In this document: one piece after another, positions 38,967 through 48,664 of the stretch | Position numbering within the stretch: position 1 is the first letter of the stretch | Layout: each line of letters starts with the position of its first letter | Origin: an uncultured Pelagibacteraceae bacterium | GTDB taxonomy: Bacteria; Pseudomonadota; Alphaproteobacteria; Pelagibacterales; Pelagibacteraceae | DNA: 64,000 bases | Direction of reading: 5' to 3' | Assembly (NCBI GenBank): GCA_902519255.1 | Contig: CABYIV010000003.1 | Span: 15,641 to 79,640 of the forward strand | Position numbers and translations under genes: made by a program | Notes under the pieces: generated by a model | What the model was told of the DNA's origin: nothing | What the model saw: only the letters and a program-made list of their open reading frames with translations | The model's database searches: none

Positions 38967-39620
38967 ATGTTTAGATTTTTATTTAAATTAATTTTAGTTA
39001 CAGCGTTGTTTCAAACTACTTTGTATTCTGAGGAAGTAAAAGTATTTGAGTTTACAGAGAAAGAACTATCAGAATTGACAGTTAGAAAAGTAAGAGGGGC
39101 AGATAATAAAACTGAATATTCTGTTGGCTCTGATGAAAATGGTAATTACCTTAAAGCTATTGCTGATAATGCTGCTTCTGGCCTAGGTAAGGAGATTAAA
39201 ATTGATCTAAATAAAACACCTTTCATAAATATTACTTGGAAAATTGAGAAAGACATACCAGGGATAGATGAGACAGCTAAAAAGGGTCATGACTTTGCAG
39301 GAAGAGTATTCGTCATTAAAAAAACTGGAGCAACACCTTTATCCAATAGAGCAATAAATTATGTTTTTTCAAGCAATCAAGAAGTTGGAAGCAACTTTCC
39401 AAGCCCATATACTAAAAAGTCCATAGATAATGTACTTGCTACTACCAAAACAAATTTAAATGAATGGGTAACTGTCAAAGCAAACGTTAAAGAAGATTTC
39501 AAGAAATTCCATAATTTAGATGTTAATGAGCTAGATGGTATAGCGATCATGTCAGATACAGATAATTCAAAGAAAAAATCAATTACTTACTATCAAAATA
39601 TCTATTTTTCTTCTCAATAA
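38967..39620 (+). CDS. DUF3047-like secreted protein
   Basis: Signal peptide, TPFINITWKI, GHDFAGRVFV, IAIMSDTDNS. Confidence 0.75.
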   Translation: MFRFLFKLILVTALFQTTLYSEEVKVFEFTEKELSELTVRKVRGADNKTEYSVGSDENGNYLKAIADNAASGLGKEIKIDLNKTPFINITWKIEKDIPGIDETAKKGHDFAGRVFVIKKTGATPLSNRAINYVFSSNQEVGSNFPSPYTKKSIDNVLATTKTNLNEWVTVKANVKEDFKKFHNLDVNELDGIAIMSDTDNSKKKSITYYQNIYFSSQ

Positions 39621-39636
39621 ATTTTATTAATATCAA

Positions 39637-40032
39637 TTGATGAAAGTATTTAAGTATAATTTAAAAGTATACTATGAGGATACTGATTTTGGTGGAATAG
39701 TTTACCACGCAAATTATTTAAAGTACTTTGAAAGAGCAAGATCTGAGCTTATTTATTCCTTGGGATATTCGAATAAAAAGTTATTAGATAAACATAATGT
39801 TTTAATAGCAGTAAAAACTTGCAACGTAGATTTTAAAAAACCAGCTAAATTTGAGGATAAAATTACCGTTTTCACAAAAATAAAATCTAATACTTTGACT
39901 ACAATTACAATGTCACAAGTAATTAAAAGAAAATCAGATACTTTATGTGATGCAGAGATTAAATTAGTATCTCTAAATAAGTTGGGAAAACCAGTAAAAC
40001 TTCCAGTAGCACTTATTAACAAATTAAACTAG
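39637..40032 (+). CDS. ybgC: YbgC/FadM family acyl-CoA thioesterase
   Basis: YYEDTDFGGIVYHANYLKYFERAR. Confidence 0.85.
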   Translation: MMKVFKYNLKVYYEDTDFGGIVYHANYLKYFERARSELIYSLGYSNKKLLDKHNVLIAVKTCNVDFKKPAKFEDKITVFTKIKSNTLTTITMSQVIKRKSDTLCDAEIKLVSLNKLGKPVKLPVALINKLN

Positions 40033-40698
40033 TTCTTTTACTTTTTTAAATAGTTTAGTCATTTGTTTTTCATTTATTCGTCCAGTATTTACATTTCTTG
40101 GACTTGGATGATAACACCCCATTAACAACACATTGTTAGGTAATTTAAAATATGTTCCATGACTAAATTTTACTCTCTCAGTGTAATCAAAATTTTCTCT
40201 ATAAAATTTTACACAAGTATCAAACGCAATTTTCCCTAAAGCCACAATAATTTTTAGATTTTTAAGTATTTCAAATTCAGATTTAAAATAACCAAAGCAA
40301 TTTTTTAACTCTTCATTTAATGGTTTATCTCCTGGAGGAACGCACTTTAGAGCTGGTGTTATAAAGGTATTTTTTATTTTTAATCCATCATTTATATGAT
40401 CTGAATTACTTTGATTGGCAATTTTTACATTGTGTAAACATTTATATAAAAAATCTGAGGATTTATCGCCTGTAAATACTCTGCCTGTTCTTGTTCCACC
40501 ATGAGCAGCTGGTGCTAGACCAACAATCATTATTTTTCCATTTATATCTCCAAAACCTGTAACTGGTTTTCCCCAATAAGTTTGGTCCATATATTGTTTT
40601 CTTTTTTCCGTAGATATTTTTTTTCTAAACCTCACAAGTCTAGGGCATTTATTACATTTAATTATTGTTTTTTTTAATTTTTCAAATTTAACGGTCAT
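40024..40698 (-). CDS. Uracil-DNA glycosylase family 5 (UdgB-like, Fe-S)
   Basis: CNKCPRL, GLAPAAHGG, YHPSPRN. Start set at MTVKF to avoid overlap with glpD. Confidence 0.88.
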   Translation of the reverse strand: MTVKFEKLKKTIIKCNKCPRLVRFRKKISTEKRKQYMDQTYWGKPVTGFGDINGKIMIVGLAPAAHGGTRTGRVFTGDKSSDFLYKCLHNVKIANQSNSDHINDGLKIKNTFITPALKCVPPGDKPLNEELKNCFGYFKSEFEILKNLKIIVALGKIAFDTCVKFYRENFDYTERVKFSHGTYFKLPNNVLLMGCYHPSPRNVNTGRINEKQMTKLFKKVKELV

Positions 40699-40703
40699 TA
40701 AGT

Positions 40704-41855
40704 TTAGAGAAGCTTCTTTTTGTGTGTCCATGGACCTTTTTTTGTTTTAGGTAAAAACTTTCTAAGGTCAAAAAGGACTTTTTCAGACAATTTTCTGTAG
40801 GTGGTTAGTTTTCCTCCATATATATTCAATAAAGGTAATTTTTTTATAATTTTTAAATCAAAAACATAATCTCTTGTGACTTTTGAAGCTGTATTAAAAT
40901 CTTCAATTAGAGGTCTTATCCCTGAATAAGTATCTACAATGTCCTTTGTTCTGATTTGTTTTTTTAAGTAATTATTTACTGAACGAATTAAATATGTAAT
41001 TTCTTTTTTTGATATTCCTTTATTTTCTGGTGATTTAACCTCAACTTCTGTAGTTCCAATTAAAGAAAACTTCCCTTTATAAGGTATCACAAATATTATT
41101 CTTTTATCAGTATTTTGAAATGTGAATGCAACATTTTCTTTGTACAATTTTTTTGTAATAATATGACTTCCTTTAACTAATCTTATTTTTTTCTTAGATT
41201 TAATTTTTATATTTTTATTTAAGGTTTCGTTTATCCATGGTCCAGATGCATTAATTAAAATTTTTGATTTTACTTTTTCACCTTTTTCAAGACTAATAAT
41301 CCATTCATTGCCAATAATTTCAGCTTTTTTAACTTTGTTATATTCTAGTATTTTAGCTTTATTTCTTTTTGCATCTTTAGCATTTAGTTTCGTTAATTTT
41401 TTATCGTCAATTTGTATGTCAAAATATTGAAAACCAGTTTTGTATTTTTGCTTAAGAATATTTGAAAATTTTTTTGTAAGATCAAACGTTTTTGATTTTG
41501 GTATATTGCTTTTGCCACCTAAATTATCATACAAAAATAAACCAATTTTAATTAACCAGGCTGGTCGAATTTTATCTGCATAAGGAATTATAAAAGGAAT
41601 CGGTTTGGAAATATGTCTGGCAATTTTATAAACTATTTCTCTTTCTTTCAGAGATTCTCTAACTAGTTTGAATTCATAATTTTCTAAATAACGAAGACCA
41701 CCATGTACTAATTTTGTCGACCAAGATGAGGTTGCTCCTCCAATCTCACCTTTGTCAGCTAAACAAACTGATAAACCTCTACCTGCAGCATCTCTTGCAA
41801 TACCTGCACCGTTTATACCGCCACCTATTATGAATAAATCAAATTTTTTAGACAT
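40704..41855 (-). CDS. glpD: FAD-dependent glycerol-3-phosphate dehydrogenase, short form
   Basis: GGGINGAGIARDAAGRG, TSSWSTKLVHGGLRYLE, GGKLTTYR. Confidence 0.9.
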   Translation of the reverse strand: MSKKFDLFIIGGGINGAGIARDAAGRGLSVCLADKGEIGGATSSWSTKLVHGGLRYLENYEFKLVRESLKEREIVYKIARHISKPIPFIIPYADKIRPAWLIKIGLFLYDNLGGKSNIPKSKTFDLTKKFSNILKQKYKTGFQYFDIQIDDKKLTKLNAKDAKRNKAKILEYNKVKKAEIIGNEWIISLEKGEKVKSKILINASGPWINETLNKNIKIKSKKKIRLVKGSHIITKKLYKENVAFTFQNTDKRIIFVIPYKGKFSLIGTTEVEVKSPENKGISKKEITYLIRSVNNYLKKQIRTKDIVDTYSGIRPLIEDFNTASKVTRDYVFDLKIIKKLPLLNIYGGKLTTYRKLSEKVLFDLRKFLPKTKKGPWTHKKKLL

Positions 41856-41995
41856 TTAAATTATGATTTGTTTTAAAATATACAACCTCTCTTAGAAATT
41901 TAAAATTTTTAAATGCAATTATTTACAATTTCATAATATCTTAACATTAATAAAGTATTAATAAAAAATTAAATAAACTTAACAGAAGGATAGAT

Positions 41996-43303
41996 ATGAA
42001 AAAAATACTTAGTGTTTTAACAATTCTATTTACTTTCTCTTTTACATCACACAGTTATTCAAAAACAGAAATTCATTGGTGGTACGGAAACAGTGGTTTT
42101 CTTGGTGATGTAATTATTGAAATTGCAAATAGATTTAACGCTTCACAAGATCAATATACGGTCATTCCTACAGGAAAAGGAAGTTATGAAGATAACATGG
42201 CGGCAACTATTGCTGCATTTAGAGCAGGCGACCAACCACACTATTCACAGGTTTATGATGCTGGTGCTGCAATCATGGTAGCTCAAGTAAAAAATGGTGT
42301 TGTTATCGGTTTTGAAGAAATGGCTAAGAAATATGGCATTGATGTAGATGCTGACAACTATATTCCAGGCATTAAAAATTTCTATGCCGACTCTGATGGA
42401 AAAATGATTGGTGTACCTTTCAATAGTTCAACTTGTTTGATGTATGCAAACATGGACATTTTGAAAGAGGTTGGAATTGAATCTGTGCCAAAAACTTATG
42501 AAGAATTTGAGGCCATGGCTCCAAAAATCAAAGCTGCTGGATACATTCCTTTAGTTCAAAGTCATAGTCCATGGATTTGGACTGAAAATTTCTTTTCTAG
42601 ACATAATTTATTAATGTTAGATGGAAATAATGGTTACGATGCTGTTCCTACAAAAACTTTATTCGCTGAAACTGATGCATTTGTCTATCATTGGAAGAAA
42701 GTTAAAGAATGGTATGATAAAGGTTTATATGGCTATAAAGGAAGAGCGTGGGGAGACAATCAAGCACCATTTATAGCAGGTGAAGCTGCATTTTGGTTTG
42801 GTTCTGCTGCATCATTTGGTGGAATGAAAGGTGTTGTTCCAAACTTTACAGTTAATCATATTCCTTACTGGGATTCAGTAACCAAAGGAAAAGAGTATCC
42901 AACTTTTATAGGTGGTGCTGCTAACTGGATCTTAAATGGTCATACTGAGGAAGAGTACAAAGGACTTGCTAAATTTATAGAATTTATGGGTTCTCCAGAA
43001 ATGGATCTGTATTATCACAATATGACTGGTTACTCTGCAGTGACTAAAGGTGGTATAGAGTTAGCTGAAACTATAAATTTCTATAGAGCTTCTCCATATC
43101 ATAAAGCAGTTGGTGAACAATTAAGCTTAGAAGGTTCAACTATTCCTGGTGGATATAGAGCTGGTAACTGGCCCCAAATTCGTGAAGTAATTTACGAAAA
43201 TATTGAGCCAATGTTAAACGGCAAAATATCAATCGAAAAAGGATTGCAGAATATGGACAAAGGTGCAGCTAAATTGTTAAAGCAATTTGCTAAAACTTTG
43301 TAA
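41996..43303 (+). CDS. ugpB: ABC substrate-binding protein, UgpB-like
   Basis: Signal peptide, FNASQ, AAFRAG, PFNSST, IGGA, ugp operon context. Confidence 0.8.
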   Translation: MKKILSVLTILFTFSFTSHSYSKTEIHWWYGNSGFLGDVIIEIANRFNASQDQYTVIPTGKGSYEDNMAATIAAFRAGDQPHYSQVYDAGAAIMVAQVKNGVVIGFEEMAKKYGIDVDADNYIPGIKNFYADSDGKMIGVPFNSSTCLMYANMDILKEVGIESVPKTYEEFEAMAPKIKAAGYIPLVQSHSPWIWTENFFSRHNLLMLDGNNGYDAVPTKTLFAETDAFVYHWKKVKEWYDKGLYGYKGRAWGDNQAPFIAGEAAFWFGSAASFGGMKGVVPNFTVNHIPYWDSVTKGKEYPTFIGGAANWILNGHTEEEYKGLAKFIEFMGSPEMDLYYHNMTGYSAVTKGGIELAETINFYRASPYHKAVGEQLSLEGSTIPGGYRAGNWPQIREVIYENIEPMLNGKISIEKGLQNMDKGAAKLLKQFAKTL

Positions 43304-43316
43304 GAATAATTAAAAC

Positions 43317-43348
43317 AATAAGGAGGGTATTAATTTACCCTCCTTATT
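43317..43348. other. Intercistronic hairpin after ugpB
   Basis: AATAAGGAGGGTA-TTAATT-TACCCTCCTTATT perfect 13-bp stem with a T-rich tail. Confidence 0.8.
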
Positions 43349-43363
43349 TATTTTTACAAAAGT

Positions 43364-44242
43364 ATGAAAAAAGTCCAATTCAAATCTAGCTATTCACAAT
43401 ATCTTTTCTTAGCTCCGCAGCTAGGTATATTGTTAATTTTTTTATATTGGCCAATCATACAAACCTTTAGAGATGCATTTACAATGCAAGATGCTTTTGG
43501 ATTTGGATCGAAGTTTGTATGGTTTGACAATTTTTTATTTATTTTTGATGATCCAGCTTATTTCATAGCTTTCAAATTTACTATTATTTATAGTTTTGTT
43601 ATTACGTTAATTACAGGCTCAATTGGATTATTACTTGCCGTTCAGGCTAATAATGTAATGCATGGTAAAAGCACTTACAAAACACTTTTAATTTGGCCTT
43701 ATGCAATTGCGCCTGCGGTAGTCGGTGTAATGGCAAATTATTTTTTTAGTGAAAGATTTGGTCTTCTTTATCATTTATTTCACGAACTGTGGGGATTTAA
43801 TTGGTACGAAAGTGTGTTCGACTCTTATATTTACGTAATCATAGCTGGTTCTTGGAAGCAAATCAGTGCTAATTTTATTTTCTTCTTGGCTGGACTTCAA
43901 GCTATACAAAAATCTGTAATTGAAGCATCAATGATTGACTGTAAAAATAGTTTTAGAAGATTTTGGACAATTACATTCCCATTATTAATGCCAACTACAT
44001 TCTTTTTAATAATTATTAATATAACGTATGCTTTCTTTGATACATTTGGAATTATTGATACCACAACAATAGGTGCTCCTTCCGGTGAAACAAGAACTCT
44101 AGTTTATAAAGCTTACATGGATGGATTTAGAGGACTGGATTTAGGAAGTGCAGGAGCTCAATCAATAATGATGATGTTGATTGTATTAGTAATTACGATT
44201 TTTCAATTTAGATATATCGAAGGGAAAATACATTATAATTAA
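43364..44242 (+). CDS. ugpA: ABC permease UgpA-like
   Basis: WPYAIAPAV, WKQISANF, FFDTFGII, GSAGAQS. Confidence 0.85.
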   Translation: MKKVQFKSSYSQYLFLAPQLGILLIFLYWPIIQTFRDAFTMQDAFGFGSKFVWFDNFLFIFDDPAYFIAFKFTIIYSFVITLITGSIGLLLAVQANNVMHGKSTYKTLLIWPYAIAPAVVGVMANYFFSERFGLLYHLFHELWGFNWYESVFDSYIYVIIAGSWKQISANFIFFLAGLQAIQKSVIEASMIDCKNSFRRFWTITFPLLMPTTFFLIIINITYAFFDTFGIIDTTTIGAPSGETRTLVYKAYMDGFRGLDLGSAGAQSIMMMLIVLVITIFQFRYIEGKIHYN

Positions 44243-45063
44243 TGACTAGATTTATCACATCAAGTTTTTCACATTTAATTTTACTCATTGGAATACTAAT
44301 CATGGTAGTTCCTGTATGGATGATTTTTGCTAGCTCGACGCACACGAGTTCAATGATTAATATGAATGGTCTCCAAATGTTTTTAGGAGATAGCTTTTAT
44401 GAAAATTACTTACGAGTTTTATTATATCAGGGTGGTTTTTTTAAAGAGATAACAGCATTAAAAATGTTTTTTAATAGTTTTATCATGGCTACAGGAGTTG
44501 CAATATTATCCGTTGTTACATCTTTAATGGCTGCTTACGCGTTGGTTTATTACAGAATAAAATATGCAACATTATTGTTTTGGATTATATTTATTACAAT
44601 TTTAGTACCATTAGAGTTAAGAATTTTCCCTACTTATTCAGTAATGGCTGAGCTTAATCTAGTGAATTCTTACTTTGGATTAATAGTTCCTATTTCAGCA
44701 TCAGCTATAGCAACATTATTCTTTCGACAATTTTATAAAACTGTTCCAGATGAATTACTTGAATCCGCAAAACTTGATGGAGCAAATACCTGGAGATTTT
44801 TTGTTGATTTTTTAATTCCTTTGTCAAAAACAATGATTGTAGCGATGTTAATATTTATGTTTGTTTTTGGCTACAATCAGTATCTATGGCCATTATTGGT
44901 AACAACTTCAGAACAATATTGGACAGTGGTTATGGGATTAAAAATGATGTCGGGTTCAATTGTTCATCGTTTTGCTTTCGTGATGATGTCTATGGTGCCA
45001 CCAATTTTAATTATAATTGTGTTGCAGAAATATTTTATTAAGGGGGTTTTTCAAGATAAATGA
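44242..45063 (+). CDS. ugpE: ABC permease UgpE-like, copy 1
   Basis: PLELRIFPT, FRQFYKTVPDELLESAKLDGA, NQYLWPLL. Confidence 0.85.
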   Translation: MTRFITSSFSHLILLIGILIMVVPVWMIFASSTHTSSMINMNGLQMFLGDSFYENYLRVLLYQGGFFKEITALKMFFNSFIMATGVAILSVVTSLMAAYALVYYRIKYATLLFWIIFITILVPLELRIFPTYSVMAELNLVNSYFGLIVPISASAIATLFFRQFYKTVPDELLESAKLDGANTWRFFVDFLIPLSKTMIVAMLIFMFVFGYNQYLWPLLVTTSEQYWTVVMGLKMMSGSIVHRFAFVMMSMVPPILIIIVLQKYFIKGVFQDK

Positions 45064-45911
45064 AAATTAAACCACTTCAAATAATTGCTCATATTATTTT
45101 AATACTAGGAGTCTTGTTAATGGTAGTTCCTATTTGGATATCTTTTGCAAGTTCTTCGCATGACTCTGTAACTATATTAACCGAAGGTATGAAGTTTCAT
45201 ATAGGTGATCAGCTAGCAAGAAACTATAACGAAGTTTTAAATGAAAAAGGTGGTTGGTCAGAAGAAGTGACTGCTGCAAAAATGTTTATTAATAGTTTTA
45301 TAATGGCATTAGGAATTGCAACACTTAAGGTAGTTATTTCAGCAATGTCAGCATATGCTTTGGTTTATTATAGATTTAAATTAGCTGTACCAATTTTTTG
45401 GTTAATCTTTATTACTCTACTTGTTCCTTTGGAGGTAAGGATTTTTCCAAGCTATAAAATTGTATCTGATTTAGGTTTAACAAATTCATATACAGGCCTT
45501 ATCCTTCCATTAGTTGCTTCAGCTACAGCAACATTTTTCTTCAGACAATTTTATAAAACAATTCCAGATGAACTCTTGGAGTCAGCAAAATTAGACGGAG
45601 CAAATGCTTGGAGTTTTTTCATAGATTTCTTGGTTCCATTATCTAAAACCATGATAGCAGCAATGTTTATCTTTATGTTTGTATATGGATACAGCCAATA
45701 TTTATGGCCACTAATAATGACAACTGCAGAAGAATACTGGACTGTTGTAATGGGAATGAAGATTATTTACACAGAAAGCTATGAAGGAGTTGCTCTGCCA
45801 AGAACTGCAGAAAGATTTGCGTATATCATTTTGTCAATGATCCCACCAGTTTTAGTGGTAGTATTTTTACAAAAATGGTTCATAAAAGGATTAATTCAAA
45901 CGGAGAAATAA
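45060..45911 (+). CDS. ugpE: ABC permease UgpE-like, copy 2
   Basis: PLEVRIFPS, FRQFYKTIPDELLESAKLDGA, C-terminal KGLIQTEK. Confidence 0.85.
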   Translation: MKIKPLQIIAHIILILGVLLMVVPIWISFASSSHDSVTILTEGMKFHIGDQLARNYNEVLNEKGGWSEEVTAAKMFINSFIMALGIATLKVVISAMSAYALVYYRFKLAVPIFWLIFITLLVPLEVRIFPSYKIVSDLGLTNSYTGLILPLVASATATFFFRQFYKTIPDELLESAKLDGANAWSFFIDFLVPLSKTMIAAMFIFMFVYGYSQYLWPLIMTTAEEYWTVVMGMKIIYTESYEGVALPRTAERFAYIILSMIPPVLVVVFLQKWFIKGLIQTEK

Positions 45912-46964
45912 ATGAGCTTTTTAGATTTAAAAAATGTGACTAAGATTTACCCAAATGGAACTAAGGCTGTTCATGAAACTTCATTAAGTGTTGATGAAGG
46001 TGAGTTTATGGTTTTTGTAGGACCTAGTGGATGTGGAAAATCAACTTTATTAAGAATGGTTGCAGGCTTAGAGGATATTACAGAGGGTGATATTAATCTT
46101 GATGGAAAATTAATTAATGAGGTAGATCCGTCTGAAAGAGATGTAGCAATGGTGTTTCAGAACTATGCATTATACCCACATATGAATGTTTATAATAACT
46201 TGGCTTATGGTCTAAAAAACAGAGGAATTGACAAAGAAACAATTGAGCAAAAAGTAAATGATGCAGCTAAGCTGCTACAAATTTCAGATTATTTACAGAG
46301 AAAACCTTCAATGTTATCCGGAGGTCAAAGACAAAGAGTTGCAATGGGTAGAGCAATTGTTAGAAATCCTAAAATATTCTTATTTGATGAACCTCTTTCA
46401 AACTTAGATGCAAAATTAAGAATTCAGATGAGACTTGAAATCAAAAAACTTCAGCAGAAAGTTGGAGTAACAAGCATATTTGTTACGCATGATCAAGTAG
46501 AGGCCATGACACTTGCTGATAGATTAGCAGTTATTAACAATGGAATTATTGAACAGCTTGGAACTCCTATTGAGATATATGATAATCCAAAATCATTATT
46601 TGTTGCTGGTTTTATTGGCTCACCTCAAATGAATTTTTTAGATGGTAATATAAAAAATAAAACATTATCTGCAGAAGGTTTTGAAATTAAAGATATTGAT
46701 AGTGACTTTGAGGGAGAAGTAAAATTAGGAATAAGACCTGAACATTTAAGTCAAAGTGAAAATAGTTTAATTAATTTAAAAGTAGACTTAGTGGAACAAC
46801 TTGGTTCGGATAATCTTGTTTATGGTCACTTAAAAGACAAAAAAGACTTTTGTTATAGGTGTCCGGGAAATCTAACTATTGAAAAAGGTGCTGATCTAAG
46901 TCTTAATATTGAGAACAATAAATATTATATTTTTGATAAAAGCACTGGCAAAAGAGTTAATTAA
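45912..46964 (+). CDS. ugpC: ABC ATPase UgpC
   Basis: GPSGCGKS, LSGGQRQR, DEPLSNLD. Confidence 0.9.
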   Translation: MSFLDLKNVTKIYPNGTKAVHETSLSVDEGEFMVFVGPSGCGKSTLLRMVAGLEDITEGDINLDGKLINEVDPSERDVAMVFQNYALYPHMNVYNNLAYGLKNRGIDKETIEQKVNDAAKLLQISDYLQRKPSMLSGGQRQRVAMGRAIVRNPKIFLFDEPLSNLDAKLRIQMRLEIKKLQQKVGVTSIFVTHDQVEAMTLADRLAVINNGIIEQLGTPIEIYDNPKSLFVAGFIGSPQMNFLDGNIKNKTLSAEGFEIKDIDSDFEGEVKLGIRPEHLSQSENSLINLKVDLVEQLGSDNLVYGHLKDKKDFCYRCPGNLTIEKGADLSLNIENNKYYIFDKSTGKRVN

Positions 46965-46966
46965 TT

Positions 46967-47890
46967 TTGATTTTAAGCAAACCAAATCATATAAAAATTT
47001 ATGGTCACCGAGGAGCAAGAGGAGATCTTCCCGAAAACACTCTAGAAAGTTTTAAATACTTATTTGAAAACAATATTAATGCATACGAAACTGATATTTT
47101 GATTTCAAAAGATTTTATTCCTGTAATTACTCACGACTTTAGATTAGATCCAAGTCTTACAAAAGATAACGAGGGAAATTGGATAGAGGATGAAAATATA
47201 AAAATATATGATTTAACTTATGAAGAACTTTTAAAATTTGATGTTGGATCTTTAAATAAGTTATCTAGATATGGAAGAAGATTTGTTAATCAAAAAACTT
47301 TAGAAAATCAAAAGATACCGAAACTTTCTGAATTATTAAATTTATCCTCAAAAAACATATCTGAAAATCTATTAATAAATTTAGAAATTAAATCTACACC
47401 TGATGAGGAAAATCTAACGCCGACTCCAGAAGAAATGGTTAAACTAGTTATGCAAGAGGTAAATAAGTCAACCTTACAAAATAAAATAATTGTTTCATCA
47501 TTTGATTGGCGAACACTGACAGAAATGAAAAAACTTTACCCTGAAATTTCAAGAGCTTATTTAACTTTTCAACAACAGGCTGGAATTAAAATTAAAAATA
47601 CAATTTATAATAGATCTCCATGGATGAGTTACATGCCCTTTTTTGAAAATCATGAATTACCGAAAATTATAAAATCACAAGGCGGAGAAGCTTGGCATCC
47701 ATACCATAAAGATATTACAAAAAAACTAGTAGATATTTCTCATCAAGAAAATTTGCCAGTGAATGTTTGGACAGTAAACAAAGATTACGACATGTTAAAA
47801 ATGGTTGAGTATGGTGTAGATGGTATCATGACAGATTATCCATTGAAGCTTAAAGAACTTTGTGAGAAAGAAAATATAAACTGGTTTTAG
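46967..47890 (+). CDS. Glycerophosphodiester phosphodiesterase (UgpQ/GDPD)
   Basis: GHRGARG, PENT, ETD, HD, NLEIK, WTVN, TDYP. Confidence 0.9.
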   Translation: MILSKPNHIKIYGHRGARGDLPENTLESFKYLFENNINAYETDILISKDFIPVITHDFRLDPSLTKDNEGNWIEDENIKIYDLTYEELLKFDVGSLNKLSRYGRRFVNQKTLENQKIPKLSELLNLSSKNISENLLINLEIKSTPDEENLTPTPEEMVKLVMQEVNKSTLQNKIIVSSFDWRTLTEMKKLYPEISRAYLTFQQQAGIKIKNTIYNRSPWMSYMPFFENHELPKIIKSQGGEAWHPYHKDITKKLVDISHQENLPVNVWTVNKDYDMLKMVEYGVDGIMTDYPLKLKELCEKENINWF

Positions 47891-47899
47891 TTTATTTTA

Positions 47900-48622
47900 A
47901 TGGATTTAAATATAGTAAGTAATGAGGAAAAGTTTTTAGCTGGAAAACTTGAAGGATATACTTTAAAAGGTGCTGAAAATAAATTTGATGACAAAGGAAA
48001 TCCTTTACCCTTTCCAGGTTGTACAATAATTTGTAATATTCCTCTTAATACCAATTTATCCGATGAAATTAGTAGTTTTCAAAAAAAAATAAAAAATTTT
48101 AATCCAGAAAAAACTTATTTCTATTTACCTCAATCTAGTTTTCATATGACGTTATTTGATTGTTGTAATTTAAATACAAAAAATACAAATAATTGGCCAT
48201 CAGATATAGATCTTGATATGGATCACAAAGATATAGCTTTTGAATTAAATAAAAGAATTAAAAACTATAATTTTCCAAAAGAATTTAATCTTAAACTAAA
48301 AACATTTTTTGGTGGTTATAGTATTATTTTAGAACCTTTTTCTAAAAAGGATGAAAAAATTCTTAGAAATTGTAGAGATGAACTAAGTAGCTTATTAAAA
48401 ATTAAATTTGAAAACCATCAAAGATATACTTTTCATATTACTTTGGCATATATCTTAAGAGAGCTTAGTGAGATTGAAATAAGTAATTTAATTGAATTTA
48501 ATAAAAAACTATTTTTAGACTTTAGTAAAAAATTTCCAAAAATTACTTTTTCAAAACCTGAAATGTGTACTTTTGAGAACATGTTAGAATTTAAAAGTGT
48601 TAATCCTTCCAGCTTGTATTAG
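47900..48622 (+). CDS. DUF1868-like 2H phosphoesterase
   Basis: KFDDKGNPLPFPGCTII and two HxT motifs (FHMTL, FHITLAY). Confidence 0.8.
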   Translation: MDLNIVSNEEKFLAGKLEGYTLKGAENKFDDKGNPLPFPGCTIICNIPLNTNLSDEISSFQKKIKNFNPEKTYFYLPQSSFHMTLFDCCNLNTKNTNNWPSDIDLDMDHKDIAFELNKRIKNYNFPKEFNLKLKTFFGGYSIILEPFSKKDEKILRNCRDELSSLLKIKFENHQRYTFHITLAYILRELSEIEISNLIEFNKKLFLDFSKKFPKITFSKPEMCTFENMLEFKSVNPSSLY

Positions 48623-48664
48623 TTTTTACTTTTAGAAAAAAAAATTTAGGTATAGACTTAAATT

